A stretch of DNA of 64,000 bases. Source: Alphaproteobacteria bacterium (GTDB lineage: Bacteria; Pseudomonadota; Alphaproteobacteria; UBA2136; UBA6156). The notes beneath the pieces are model-generated. The model searched no databases. It was not told the origin of the DNA and was given only the letters and a program-made list of their open reading frames with translations. Both the position numbers and the translations under genes were made by a program. Location: positions 2,948 through 66,947 of the forward strand of contig JAIXQG010000001.1 of assembly GCA_027485835.1 (NCBI GenBank). The letters are read 5' to 3'. Of this stretch, positions 32,845-42,402 are shown piece after piece; position 1 is the first letter of the stretch; every line of letters begins with the position of its first letter.

Positions 32845-35169
32845 TTACGTTGCCTTTTTGGCGGCCGCCTTTTTAGGGGCGGCTTTTTTTGTGGCCGTAG
32901 CTTTGGTGGCAGCTTTTTTTACGGGTGCCTTGGCGGCCTTGGGGGCGGCTTTGGCTTTGTTGGTTTTGGCCGAGGCCTTTTTGGCGGCAGCGGCGTCTTT
33001 CCCCTTGGTGAAGCGGGCGCGGAAGGCGGCTGTGGCGTCGGCGGCTTCCTGGTTGTCGTTCCAGTCGCAGGTGGGTTGCGGGCAGCGGTGCCATTCGCCG
33101 TACTTTTTGCTGACTTTTTTGCCGACTAGGGGCCAGTGGCAGGTGGGGCAGGCTTGTTGCACCGGTTCGTCCCACATCGCGCCATTGCATTGCGGGTAGC
33201 GCGAGCAGCCGTAGAAGGTTTTGCCCATGCGCGAGGTGCGTTTGAGCAGTGTGCCACCTTCCTTGGTGCCGCAGACCGGGCAGGGGATGCCGGTGTCGGT
33301 GCCCGCGGCGGGAGCGGCGGATTCGTTCTTCTCGATGTAGTTACATTCCGGATAGCCCGAGCAAGCCTTGAATTTGCCGTAGCGGCCCAAGCGGAAGACA
33401 AGCTCGTGCTTGTTGCATTGGGGACAGGTTTCGCCGGTGGACTCGGTGGTGACGTCGGAGCGTTTGACCGATTCGGTTTTCTCTTCGGTCAGCGACTTGA
33501 ACGGGCCCCAGAAGTTGCGGAGCATGGGTTTCCATTCGGTCTCGCCACGGGCGACGGCGTCGAGCTCGTCTTCCATGCCTGCTGTAAAGTTGTAATCCAC
33601 GTATTTCTCGAAGTGCATGGTGAGGAACTTGTTGACCACGCGGCCCACGTCTTCCGGGAAGAAGCGTTTTTGCTCGAGCTTCACGTAGCCGCGGTCTTGC
33701 AGCGTGCTGATGATGCTGGCGTAGGTGGAGGGGCGGCCGATGCCGTATTCTTCCAGCGCCTTGACCAGTGTCGCTTCGGTAAAGCGGGGCGGCGGTTGGG
33801 TGAAGTGCTGCTCGGTATCGATACTGCGGGTGGTGAGGACGTCGCCTTCGTTCACTTGCGGGAGGATGGCCTCATCGTCGTCGCCGGCGTTGTCGTCCTT
33901 GCCCTCTTGATACACGCTGAGGAAACCTGGGAAGATGATGACGCTACCCGTGGCGCGGAAGGTGTTCTTCTGGCTGTCGTCGGTGATGGTAATGGTGGTT
34001 TGCTCGAGACGCGCGGGCGACATTTGGCAGGCCACGGTGCGTTGCCAGATGAGGTTGTAGAGGCGGGCCTGGTCGTCTTCCAAGTGCAGTTTGCCCGGTA
34101 GGTTGGCCGGGGTGGTGGGGCGGATGGCTTCGTGGGCCTCTTGCGCGTTTTTGGACTTGGATTTGTAGGTGTTGGGTGCAGTTGGTAGATAGTTGGCGCC
34201 GTATTTGCTGTGAATGAGGTCGCGGATGCTGGCGACGGCTTCGTTCGCCAGATTCACGCTGTCGGTACGCATATAGGTGATGTGACCGGCTTCATAGAGA
34301 CGTTGCGCGGTTTGCATGGTGCGGCGGGCGGCGAAGCCGAGTTTACGGGCGGCCTCTTGTTGCAGCGTGCTGGTGATGAAGGGGGGCGAGGGGAAGCGGC
34401 GCTTATCGGCCTTTTCCAGCGCGGACACCTTGTAGCTCAGCGGTTGAAGGTGGGTTTGCGCGGAGGTGGCTTGGGCTTCGTTGACGAAGCTGAATTTCTC
34501 GACCTTGTCGCCTTTGAACACCGCGAGGTTGCTGGGCAGTGCTTTGCCTTGGGCGGTGCTAAACTGACCGTGGATGGTCCAGTATTCTTCCGCTTTAAAG
34601 GCTTCGATAGCGTCTTCGCGTTCGGCAATCAGGCGCAATGCCACGGACTGTACGCGGCCCGCGGAGAGGCCGCCTTTAACCTTGCGCCAGAGCACGGGGC
34701 TGAGGGTGAAGCCGACCAAGTAGTCGAGCGCGCGGCGGGCCTGTTGGGCGTTGATGAGATTCAGCGCCAGGGCACGCGGGTGGGCGATGGCGTGCTGGAG
34801 AGCGGATTTGGTAATTTCGGTAAATTCGATACGGTGAACGTGCAGGCGGGCGGCCATTTTGGCGTCGCGGCGCTTGATTTCTTCCCAGACGTGCCACGAG
34901 ATGGCTTCCCCTTCGCGGTCCAAGTCGGTTGCGAGGTAGAGGGTGTCGGCTTCTTTCAGGGCTTGCATGATGCCTTTCAGCGTTTTTTCGCTGGCAGCGT
35001 CGCTCACCTTGTAGTGCATCATGAAGTCGTTATCCGGCTCAACCGCTTTTTCCTTGCTTGGGAGGTCGCGGACGTGACCGTAGGAGGCCAAGACCTTATA
35101 ACCTTTGCCCAAATACCCTTCGATGGTTTTGGCTTTTGCGGGGGACTCTACGATAACGACAGCACTCAT
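32845..35169 (-). CDS. topA: DNA topoisomerase I
   Basis: TOPRIM domain MSAVVIVESPAKAKTIEGYL, three CxxC..C zinc ribbons and a Lys/Ala-rich C-terminal tail. Confidence 0.97.
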   Translation of the reverse strand: MSAVVIVESPAKAKTIEGYLGKGYKVLASYGHVRDLPSKEKAVEPDNDFMMHYKVSDAASEKTLKGIMQALKEADTLYLATDLDREGEAISWHVWEEIKRRDAKMAARLHVHRIEFTEITKSALQHAIAHPRALALNLINAQQARRALDYLVGFTLSPVLWRKVKGGLSAGRVQSVALRLIAEREDAIEAFKAEEYWTIHGQFSTAQGKALPSNLAVFKGDKVEKFSFVNEAQATSAQTHLQPLSYKVSALEKADKRRFPSPPFITSTLQQEAARKLGFAARRTMQTAQRLYEAGHITYMRTDSVNLANEAVASIRDLIHSKYGANYLPTAPNTYKSKSKNAQEAHEAIRPTTPANLPGKLHLEDDQARLYNLIWQRTVACQMSPARLEQTTITITDDSQKNTFRATGSVIIFPGFLSVYQEGKDDNAGDDDEAILPQVNEGDVLTTRSIDTEQHFTQPPPRFTEATLVKALEEYGIGRPSTYASIISTLQDRGYVKLEQKRFFPEDVGRVVNKFLTMHFEKYVDYNFTAGMEDELDAVARGETEWKPMLRNFWGPFKSLTEEKTESVKRSDVTTESTGETCPQCNKHELVFRLGRYGKFKACSGYPECNYIEKNESAAPAAGTDTGIPCPVCGTKEGGTLLKRTSRMGKTFYGCSRYPQCNGAMWDEPVQQACPTCHWPLVGKKVSKKYGEWHRCPQPTCDWNDNQEAADATAAFRARFTKGKDAAAAKKASAKTNKAKAAPKAAKAPVKKAATKATATKKAAPKKAAAKKAT

Positions 35170-35289
35170 GGCCTTAGGTGGTGATGCATATTTTGTGCGG
35201 TGTCAACAGGGTTTACCTGCGCGTAGGCACCCGCGTGCGGGTGCCTATACGTATGCGTACGTACGTGTACGCGAGAGGCCTTGGCAGGC

Positions 35290-35886
35290 TTACTGCTGGG
35301 TGGCGGTGGAGTCGGATCCGCCCGAGCCTTTGGCGGCAACGAGGTAGTAGACGTCGTCGGTCGGGCCGGGCACGAACTCGATACGGAAGACGCCGCTGTT
35401 GGCGGTACTGGTGCTGTCGAGGGTTTTGTCGACTTCGGCGGCAACGCTGTCCTTCACCTTGGTAAGCTTGAGCCATGTGGCGCAGATACCGCCGCCGCCG
35501 GAGCATTCGACGGGAGGTACGCCTGCGACATCCTGACGGCCTTCTACAAAACTGTAGGTGCCGTATTGGCGTGATTTGTCGCTCAGCATGCCTTCCATGT
35601 AAGGGCCGGACCAGCCGCTGAAGCCGGTGTCGTTATCGATAAGGTCGAGGAAGCGGGTGGTGTGTTCGCCGGTGGCAAGGTGGAACTCGGTGTAGGCTTT
35701 TTTGATGTTGGAGAATTCGGTCACCATGGCGGTGGTGCTGGCTTGACCAAACACGTTGATGGCGGCGACACCGGCTACGACCGACAGGATGCCGAAAATG
35801 GCCAACGCGATACGGGCATCGAGACCGAACATGGCGCCAGACTGGTTGGAGAGAATGGTGTGCGAGGATTTTGCGATGTTTTTCAT
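35290..35886 (-). CDS. pseudopilin/GspG-like protein with a non-canonical prepilin-type N-terminus
   Basis: Leader MKNIAKSSHTILSNQSG, then AMFGLDARIALAIFGILSVVAG. The following helix plus ...GFSGWSGPYMEG resembles the GspG ...W.GPYL.. region. Confidence 0.55.
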   Translation of the reverse strand: MKNIAKSSHTILSNQSGAMFGLDARIALAIFGILSVVAGVAAINVFGQASTTAMVTEFSNIKKAYTEFHLATGEHTTRFLDLIDNDTGFSGWSGPYMEGMLSDKSRQYGTYSFVEGRQDVAGVPPVECSGGGGICATWLKLTKVKDSVAAEVDKTLDSTSTANSGVFRIEFVPGPTDDVYYLVAAKGSGGSDSTATQQ

Positions 35887-35987
35887 GGGGGCAGTTTAGG
35901 GGAAGGGGGCTGGGATGGGAATTGTAGGGGATTTGGTTTTGGGATAGGGTGTGGGGTATCTGCAACGGAACATTGGAGGGGAAGGTT

Positions 35988-36350
35988 ATGCCGATTGCTC
36001 TTGCTTTGACGTTTTTGGTTTTTGGAATTTTACATGCTTGCTTTTTCTGGATGGGGAGCGAATTGGTGCCATTGTTAGGTGCCCTGTGCTTTAGCGCTGC
36101 TGGGGGATCGATATTACTCTCCAAATGGTGGGATGTCTGGAGGGAGGGGATTTTCGTCGAAGTGGTGTCCGTCCTGTTGTTAGGGTTAGCTGCTGTAGCT
36201 ACCAGCCAGACGCGGTTTGCGAACGCGATTGCTCCTGCGGGGTTTTCTACTCCGGTAATCACGATAGTGGCGATCGGGTTTGGCGGTGTTATGGCACTGC
36301 TGCTCATGCCGGATGTTCTCAAAGCTTTAAAGCGTCTTTCTGCTGAGTGA
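35988..36350 (+). CDS. small integral membrane protein (120 aa)
   Basis: The ATG at 35988 follows GGAGGGGAAGG. Four hydrophobic helices. Confidence 0.5.
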   Translation: MPIALALTFLVFGILHACFFWMGSELVPLLGALCFSAAGGSILLSKWWDVWREGIFVEVVSVLLLGLAAVATSQTRFANAIAPAGFSTPVITIVAIGFGGVMALLLMPDVLKALKRLSAE

Positions 36351-36367
36351 AGACGAAGCTTTTGCGA

Positions 36368-36397
36368 AGAAAGGCGGCCCGTGGGGCCGCCTTTTCT
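36368..36397. terminator. bidirectional terminator
   Basis: AAGGCGGCCC-GTG-GGGCCGCCTT between convergent genes. Confidence 0.7.
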
Positions 36398-36410
36398 ATT
36401 TGTCGGATGG

Positions 36411-36935
36411 TTACTTGAGAGTTTCCAGCCAGGCGATAAGGTCGGCGCGTTCGGCGGGCTTTTTGATGCCGTTGAACTGCATCTTGGTGCCCGGGACGTA
36501 TTCCTTCGGGTTTTCCAAGTACGCGTTCAAGTGCTCTTTGTCCCAGTTGCCGAATTCGGCCTTTTTGGCCAGCATGGCGCTGGAGTAGGCGTAGCCTTCG
36601 CGGTGGCCGACGGACGCGCCGACGATACCCCAGAGGTTGGGGCCGGTACGGTCCGGGCCGCCGTTATCGAACGTGTGGCAGGCCTTGCACTTTGCGGAGA
36701 TTTTCATGCCGTTTTCGACATTGGCAACGTAGGTCGCGGGGTCGAAGGCGGGTTCGGCAGCCTTTGAAGCGGTTTCGGTGCTGGAGGCTTCTTCGGCGCC
36801 GGCGACGATGATCTTGGTTTCCTCGTGGTGGGGCAACATGCTGCCGGTGAGGGCGTAGGTACCGCCGAAATACACAATAGCGAGAAGGTCGGCTGCGATA
36901 ACCGCGCTAATAAAGGTACGGGTGGCAAGATTCAT
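36411..36935 (-). CDS. membrane-anchored c-type cytochrome
   Basis: N-terminal TM anchor, heme site CKACH and the distal Met region GTKMQFNGIKKPAERADLIAWLETLK. The ATG at 36935 has an AAGGAT SD. Confidence 0.85.
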   Translation of the reverse strand: MNLATRTFISAVIAADLLAIVYFGGTYALTGSMLPHHEETKIIVAGAEEASSTETASKAAEPAFDPATYVANVENGMKISAKCKACHTFDNGGPDRTGPNLWGIVGASVGHREGYAYSSAMLAKKAEFGNWDKEHLNAYLENPKEYVPGTKMQFNGIKKPAERADLIAWLETLK

Positions 36936-37195
36936 GGGGGATCCTTTTTCGTCATTTCTGCCGGGTTTGGTCTTGTTTTTACAGATGTAAGCGCAAGTGG
37001 TTACGGCGTTGTTAGGTGGCAACCTAGGCGCGGAGGCGGGGGGTCGTCAAGTAGCCGCCGCACTTTTAGGGTTGACGCGCCCGTTGCAATGTGGCAAACG
37101 CGCCCAGAGATGGGACAACTCTGCCTGCTTTATGTAGGACAAACCGGAGAGTGTCGCCGAACGAATTAGTAACAGACCGACGGATAGGAGCCACC

Positions 37196-37360
37196 ATGGC
37201 CACGAAACGTACTTATCAGCCGAGCAAAGTTGTGAAGAAGCGCAGCTGCGGCTTCCGCGCACGTATGAAGACCAGCGACGGTCAAAAGGTTCTCAAGCGC
37301 CGCCGTGCTGCTGGCCGCAAGCGCCTGAGCACCGCACCTTTCGCTCAATACCAGCGCTAG
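37196..37360 (+). CDS. rpmH: 50S ribosomal protein L34
   Basis: [24 protein letters not shown]...GRKRLS, with SD TAGGAG. It carries about 8 extra C-terminal residues. Confidence 0.9.
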   Translation: MATKRTYQPSKVVKKRSCGFRARMKTSDGQKVLKRRRAAGRKRLSTAPFAQYQR

Positions 37361-37371
37361 GACCTGTTATT

Positions 37372-37737
37372 ATGGCGGTGCGCGTGCGTCGCCTGATGAT
37401 CAGGGCGGATTTCTTGAAAGTGAAACTGGGTCGGAGAGCTTCGACCCAGTCTTTTGTTGTCCAGTATCTGGATGTTCCCGAAGAAAACGGCTTGGGCGTT
37501 GGCTTTACCGCCAGCACCAAAGGTGTGGGTAACGCCGTGGCCCGCAACCGTGCGCGCCGCCGTTTAAAGGCTGTGTTTGATGACGTGTGCCGCCTGAACC
37601 CCGAGGCCGAAGGGCAGGGTAAGTGGCTGGTGTTGGTGGCCAAGGCGCCGATTTTAGAGATTGATTATAAATATCTGGTGAAAGATATGCGCAAGGCGCT
37701 GGCGGAGGCGGGTATTACATGCGGCGCGCCTGTTTAA
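37372..37737 (+). CDS. rnpA: ribonuclease P protein component
   Basis: Position after rpmH, and the RNR motif [14 protein letters not shown]. Confidence 0.9.
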   Translation: MAVRVRRLMIRADFLKVKLGRRASTQSFVVQYLDVPEENGLGVGFTASTKGVGNAVARNRARRRLKAVFDDVCRLNPEAEGQGKWLVLVAKAPILEIDYKYLVKDMRKALAEAGITCGAPV

Positions 37738-37991
37738 TGGCCCGTAAGGCTGTGTGGTGGCTGATACGGGGGTATCAGTTGACCCTAAGTGCACTTGTAG
37801 GCCGTAGGTGCCGATTTGAGCCGACATGCAGCCATTATGCCCAAGAGGCGGTGATGGTGCATGGCGTATTTAAAGGTGGTTGGCTGGCCGCCAAGCGCGT
37901 GGCGCGTTGCGGGCCTTTGGGCGGGCATGGGTATGACCCCGTGCCGCCTGTGCCGGATAATGACAGTTGCCAATGCTGCGGGCGTAAATGA
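37737..37991 (+). CDS. yidD: membrane protein insertion efficiency factor YidD
   Basis: [45 protein letters not shown] overlap with rnpA. Confidence 0.9.
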   Translation: MARKAVWWLIRGYQLTLSALVGRRCRFEPTCSHYAQEAVMVHGVFKGGWLAAKRVARCGPLGGHGYDPVPPVPDNDSCQCCGRK

Positions 37992-38072
37992 CGCTTTTGT
38001 GGTCGGGTTTTGGTGGTGGTTACCGCGTTTTATGGTATAAGCCCTGCTATCTAGTTTTGAGGAGATGTTTCC

Positions 38073-39755
38073 ATGGCGCGTAAAGATGATAACGGCATGA
38101 ATAAACGCATGATGTGGGCGCTGGTTGCTAGCGCGGCGATTCTGCTGGTAAGCGATTGGGCTGCCATGCGCTTTTTCGGGACGTCTCTGGCCGGTGCCAA
38201 CACACCTGCGGTTGAAAAGGTTGCAACTGTTGCGCAAGCTCAGGGAGCCACAACGGTTGTCGCGGGTGTTTCGGGGACTCAGCCTGAGGCTGTGGCACCT
38301 GTTCAGGCCGTGCGTGTGGCGGTGGGGAATGAGCGCGTGGATGCGAGCATTAACACCCAAGGTGCCCGTTTGGACATGCTGACCCTGAAGAATTATAAGG
38401 GTGAGATTGATGATCCGGATGGTTTTACCTTCCTGAAGCCGACCGGCCAGTATGCTGAGTATGTGGCGGCGGGTTGGGCCGGTGCGGGCATTGAAGGCCC
38501 CGGTGAAAACGCCGTGTGGCAGGTGGAAGGCGACAGTGCCGCCGGTAAGCCGGTGGTTATGATTTGGCGCAATGCCAGCGGGCAGGTGTTCCAGCGTGAA
38601 GTGAGCATGAACCCCGATAGCTACGTGATGAATGTAGTGGAGCGTGTGTATAACGGCGCGACCCTGCCGGTGAGCCTGACCCCCTATGTACAGGTACACC
38701 GTGCCGACGGTTACTGGCCGAATGAGACTAGCAACTGGGTGAACTACTTTGGCCCGATGGGTGTGGTGGAGAAGCCTGAGGACGGTTTTCTGCAATACGA
38801 AACCAAGTATGCCGACCTGAAAGACGAAGGTAAGAGCGACGTTGTTGAGGGGCAAGGCGGTTGGTGGGGCATTACCAGCCAGTACTTTATGACCGCCATT
38901 CTGCCCGGTACCGTGGATAACGTGCCGGTGGATAGCCAACGCCAGTTCCGCTTTAAAGAGCTGAACGTGGGCGGAACGGCACAAGACGTTTATACCGCCA
39001 GTGTGAGCTGGCCGAACGTAGTGGTTGGCCCGAACGAGACCAAGAGCGTAAGCTACCAGCTTTACGTAGGCCCCAAGCATTACGGCCAGCTGCAAGCGGC
39101 CGGGCATGAGCTTGACCGTGCCATTAGCTGGGGTTGGTTTGGCCCGATGGTGAAGGGGCTGTACCATGTGCTGGCATGGATCCATGGTTATGTTGGCAAC
39201 TGGGGTATTGCCGTGATTGGTTTGACTATTTTACTCAAGCTGGTGACCTTCCCGCTGGCGAACAAAAGTTACCATGCGATGGCGAAAATGCGTCGTCTTC
39301 AGCCTAAAATGGAAGAGCTGAAAGCCAAGCACAAGGACAACCAGCAGGCGCTGGCGACCGAAATGATGGCCCTTTACAAGCGCGAAAAAGTGAACCCGAT
39401 GGGCGGGTGCTGGCCGATGCTGATTCAGATCCCGATCTTCTTTGCCATGTATAAGGTGGTGCTGGTAATGTTTGAGTTCCGCCACGCGCCGCTGGGCCTG
39501 TGGATTACCGACATGAGCGTGTATGACCCGTTGTATGTGCTGCCGGTGCTGATGGGTATTAGCATGTGGGTCCAGTTCAAGCTGAACCCCGCACCGACCG
39601 ACCCGACGCAGGCGATGATGTTCAAGTGGATGCCCGCGTTTATGACCGTGATGTTCCTGTGGTTCCCCGCCGGATTGGTGTTGTACTGGTTGGTGAACAA
39701 CGTGCTGAGCGTGGCGCAGCAGTACTTTATTATGAAAAAAGACAAGGCTATATAA
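38073..39755 (+). CDS. yidC: membrane protein insertase YidC
   Basis: N-terminal TM, periplasmic P1 domain and a conserved 5-TM core (WGIAVIGLTILLKLVTFPL, GCWPMLIQIPIFFAMY). Confidence 0.97.
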   Translation: MARKDDNGMNKRMMWALVASAAILLVSDWAAMRFFGTSLAGANTPAVEKVATVAQAQGATTVVAGVSGTQPEAVAPVQAVRVAVGNERVDASINTQGARLDMLTLKNYKGEIDDPDGFTFLKPTGQYAEYVAAGWAGAGIEGPGENAVWQVEGDSAAGKPVVMIWRNASGQVFQREVSMNPDSYVMNVVERVYNGATLPVSLTPYVQVHRADGYWPNETSNWVNYFGPMGVVEKPEDGFLQYETKYADLKDEGKSDVVEGQGGWWGITSQYFMTAILPGTVDNVPVDSQRQFRFKELNVGGTAQDVYTASVSWPNVVVGPNETKSVSYQLYVGPKHYGQLQAAGHELDRAISWGWFGPMVKGLYHVLAWIHGYVGNWGIAVIGLTILLKLVTFPLANKSYHAMAKMRRLQPKMEELKAKHKDNQQALATEMMALYKREKVNPMGGCWPMLIQIPIFFAMYKVVLVMFEFRHAPLGLWITDMSVYDPLYVLPVLMGISMWVQFKLNPAPTDPTQAMMFKWMPAFMTVMFLWFPAGLVLYWLVNNVLSVAQQYFIMKKDKAI

Positions 39756-39762
39756 GCAACAG

Positions 39763-39789
39763 AAAGGCCCCCGTGATGGGGGCCTTTTG
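39763..39789 (+). terminator. Rho-independent terminator of yidC
   Basis: AAGGCCCCC-GTGAT-GGGGGCCTT followed by TTTT. Confidence 0.7.
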
Positions 39790-39840
39790 CTCAGGTTTTT
39801 TGCCTAATTTTCGGTATTATGGTGAGAAGCGCCGCGAGGG

Positions 39841-40290
39841 TTATCGGTGGCTGCGGGCTGCCAGTGCCTTGAGAGGGCCTTCCTGATAGCGCTTGAGGAT
39901 TGCCCTGTGGGCGAGGCGCTGGGCCCGCCAGATCTTGAAGGTTTCGAGCATCATGTGCCAGAGGCCAGCGTTGCGGTTACGGGCTTCGGCCAGCGTCCGT
40001 TCGATTCTGGTGATTCCGGCCCCATGAGAGATGAGGCGGGCGTTCTTGCGGAACCGGTAGGCGGGAAGCTCGTCGAGCTTGATGTCGATCGGTACCCAGG
40101 TGTCATAGGGTTGCATGGTTTCGAGGTTGATAGCCCAGAACAGGCGTTTGTCACTGTCGACGTTGGTGACAATGTAGTCGGCGTGCTTGCCACTGTCGAT
40201 GGTGGTGAAGAACACGCCGACGAAAATGTGGTGCGGCGGGAAATTGTCGGGAGTTTCGGGAGTGCCGTCGGCATTGCGGTCGGTGGGCAT
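39841..40290 (-). CDS. hypothetical protein (149 aa)
   Basis: The ATG at 40290 is preceded by AAAGGAG. No motif recognised. Confidence 0.55.
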   Translation of the reverse strand: MPTDRNADGTPETPDNFPPHHIFVGVFFTTIDSGKHADYIVTNVDSDKRLFWAINLETMQPYDTWVPIDIKLDELPAYRFRKNARLISHGAGITRIERTLAEARNRNAGLWHMMLETFKIWRAQRLAHRAILKRYQEGPLKALAARSHR

Positions 40291-40455
40291 GATGTGCTCC
40301 TTTCGTTGGAAGCGGTTTCGGTGCGGCATGAATTCCAATGAGATAAATTGCATACGATTAAGGTTTGGTCAAGTTGGTTGCGGGATGCTTGTGTGGGCGC
40401 GGGTTTTGCGGTAAGCGTATGTTTACTGGATAAGAATATAAGGATTTTCTGAATT

Positions 40456-41088
40456 ATGAGTCGCTCGACCTCGGAACTGACTGCCGGACAACTGCGGATT
40501 TTGAAGGCTGTAGCCACGTTGCTGGAGAACCCTTCCAACAAGTTGACCGTACAGCGCATTGCGACGGAAATTCACGTGACCGATGGCGCGATTTACCGCC
40601 ACTACAAAAGCAAAGACGAGATTTTTGAAGCCATTGCCGGTTATATGGAGAGTAACCTGCTGGGGCCGCTGAACGCCGCTGCCAAGCAGACCGAGCACAC
40701 CCCCAAGCGTTTGGAATTGGTGTTTGAACAGCATATGGCGTTTTTAGAGGGTCACCCCGGCCTTGCGCGGATGATGCTGGGCGGAGGCAGCACCGAAAGT
40801 GAGCCGTTGGCCGAGCGCCTAAAGCTGCTGAACGCCAAGGTGCGTGCGCAGGTGGTACAGCTTTTGAAATTCGGGGAAGCGCAGGGGGTGCTGGAGCGCT
40901 CTGTCACCCCCGAGCAGGCGACAGAGATGTTTTATGGCCTGATGGTGGCGACGGCGGTGTGCTACAGCTTTGCGTTGCCGCAGATTTCGGCTAGCCAGAA
41001 ATGGCGTTTGTTTGCGACGGCCTGTTTGAAGGGTGGGGTTGAGGCGACTCAGTCTCCTACTGCTAACAACCCTGCGGTTTACGGCTAA
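40456..41088 (+). CDS. TetR/AcrR family transcriptional regulator
   Basis: HTH region LTVQRIATEIHVTDGAIYRHYKSKDEIF. Confidence 0.9.
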   Translation: MSRSTSELTAGQLRILKAVATLLENPSNKLTVQRIATEIHVTDGAIYRHYKSKDEIFEAIAGYMESNLLGPLNAAAKQTEHTPKRLELVFEQHMAFLEGHPGLARMMLGGGSTESEPLAERLKLLNAKVRAQVVQLLKFGEAQGVLERSVTPEQATEMFYGLMVATAVCYSFALPQISASQKWRLFATACLKGGVEATQSPTANNPAVYG

Positions 41089-41588
41089 TGCTGCGCGGGG
41101 TTGTTTTCGCGCTGGGTCTGCTGCTTGCCGCGTGCGGGGAGGGGGAGACGAGCAAGGTTTCCAAAGGATTTGAGAAGTGGGTAGGGCAGGATGTGAGCGC
41201 CCTTGAAGTGCAGACCCTGGATGGGGGTGTGCAGCCGCTGAAGGATGTTCTGGTAGAGGGCAAGCCCGTTGTACTGAACGTGTGGGCGACGTGGTGCCCG
41301 CCGTGTTTGAAGGAAATGCCGACGCTGGATGCCCTTGGCAAGCAAGGCCAGTACACGGTTGTGGCGATTGCGACCGATGGCAATGTGGAGACCGTGAAGG
41401 AGTTTTTGAAAAAGCAGGAGTGGGGGGCTGGCGTGCGCATCTGGTACGACGCCAACGGCACCGTGACCCGCGAGAAGCTGGGGGCGGCGGCCGTGCCGGT
41501 GACCTATGTGCTGGATAAGGATTTGAAAGTGGTGGATGTGCAGACGGGGGCACATGATTGGGTGGCGCGGCTGGGAGCTGCCAAGTAA
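41088..41588 (+). CDS. TlpA-like thiol:disulfide oxidoreductase lipoprotein
   Basis: Lipobox LLLAACG and thioredoxin motif WATWCPPC. TAATG overlap with the TetR gene. Confidence 0.9.
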   Translation: MLRGVVFALGLLLAACGEGETSKVSKGFEKWVGQDVSALEVQTLDGGVQPLKDVLVEGKPVVLNVWATWCPPCLKEMPTLDALGKQGQYTVVAIATDGNVETVKEFLKKQEWGAGVRIWYDANGTVTREKLGAAAVPVTYVLDKDLKVVDVQTGAHDWVARLGAAK

Positions 41589-41616
41589 AAAAAAAACGGC
41601 TTTGGCCGTTTTTTTT
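41587..41616. terminator. bidirectional terminator
   Basis: A10-CGGCTTTGGCCG-T8. Confidence 0.75.
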
Positions 41617-41851
41617 ACGATTTACTGCGGGTTTTTTTGTTGCCGGTGACGATGGTGGGCGCGCTTTTGTTTTTTTCCTTTTGGGAGGCGCGTTGTTCCG
41701 GCGGTTGGCTGGCGTCGGCCTCGGACAGGGCGATGGCGATGGCCTGCTTGCGGTTGGTGACCTTGCGGTCGTGGCTGGTTTTGAGATCACCTTCCTTGAA
41801 GTTGTTAATGACTTTTTCGATTTTGTGCTGTTGGGCGGGTGTTTGCGGCAT
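41615..41851 (-). CDS. small conserved protein (DUF6496-like, recalled and not verified)
   Basis: The ATG at 41851 is preceded by AAAGGAG. The motif KEGDLKTS..RKVTNRKQAIAIALSEA recalls that family. The 224-aa track ORF is an artefactual upstream extension. Confidence 0.6.
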   Translation of the reverse strand: MPQTPAQQHKIEKVINNFKEGDLKTSHDRKVTNRKQAIAIALSEADASQPPEQRASQKEKNKSAPTIVTGNKKTRSKS

Positions 41852-41897
41852 GGTTGTTCTCCTTTGAAGGAGAATGGGTGTGGAGGAGGGTGGTTCC

Positions 41898-41930
41898 AAA
41901 AAAATTCCTTCCATGGCGAACCATGGAAGG
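41898..41930 (-). terminator. Rho-independent terminator of small ORF A
   Basis: Minus strand reads CCTTCCATGG-TTCG-CCATGGAAGG, then AATTTTTTT. Confidence 0.75.
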
Positions 41931-42006
41931 GGGTTGGAGTACGAGAATTGTGAACTGCGCGAGCCCTGTGGTGGGGCGCCCGGCAGATGCCGTCGATCGA
42001 CAGGAG

Positions 42007-42159
42007 CTATTCGGTCAAGCCGCCCTGGCGGTCGACATCGCGGCCGCGGTGGCCGGCAGCGTCGCCGATCGAGTGATTGCAGCACGAAATATGGTCGGCA
42101 CCCATGGCCAGTTTTTCCGAAATCATGATTGCCGGAGGCGAATGCGAATGGCGTGTCAT
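42007..42159 (-). CDS. small His/Cys-containing protein A (50 aa), paralog of 43073-43219
   Basis: MTRHSHSPPAIMISEKLAMGADHISCCNHSIGDAAGHRGRDVDRQGGLTE. Has SD GAAAGG, an own terminator and a promoter-like TTGCAA-N17-TACCAT. It is the C-terminal part of track ORF 42007-42390. Confidence 0.4.
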   Translation of the reverse strand: MTRHSHSPPAIMISEKLAMGADHISCCNHSIGDAAGHRGRDVDRQGGLTE

Positions 42160-42271
42160 TTCGAAAACCTTTCGAAGTTTGTTTCGGGAAAGCCGAGGAA
42201 TGTCGTGGGTAAATGGGAGCGGATAAGTCGGCCCCCTGTAGTTTGCACCCAGCGAAGCCTCGGTACTGATG

Positions 42272-42300
42272 ATGGTAGGTTGTGTACATTTCTTTTGCAA
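42272..42300 (-). promoter_or_regulatory. putative promoter of small ORF A
   Basis: Minus strand reads TTGCAA (42300-42295), 17 nt, TACCAT (42277-42272), about 105 nt upstream of the ATG. Confidence 0.3.
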
Positions 42301-42402
42301 GGGGGTTGCAAGATTTATTTTGGAATCTAATTCATTAGTACGCATGTCCCGTTTCTTAATGAAAACGTCCTCCCATCGGGGTGTGCGCAAAAGGGGAATA
42401 CG

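Noticed and set aside
33136-35184. Two long plus-strand ORFs (321 and 324 aa) antisense to topA
   Set aside because: Same GC-rich antisense artefact. topA is unambiguous on the minus strand.
41852-41897. Possible EcfG-type (general stress) promoter GGAAC-N16-CATT upstream of the DUF6496-like gene
   Set aside because: The -10 element deviates from the CGTT consensus. A single weak match cannot be distinguished from chance without a PhyR/EcfG regulon context.
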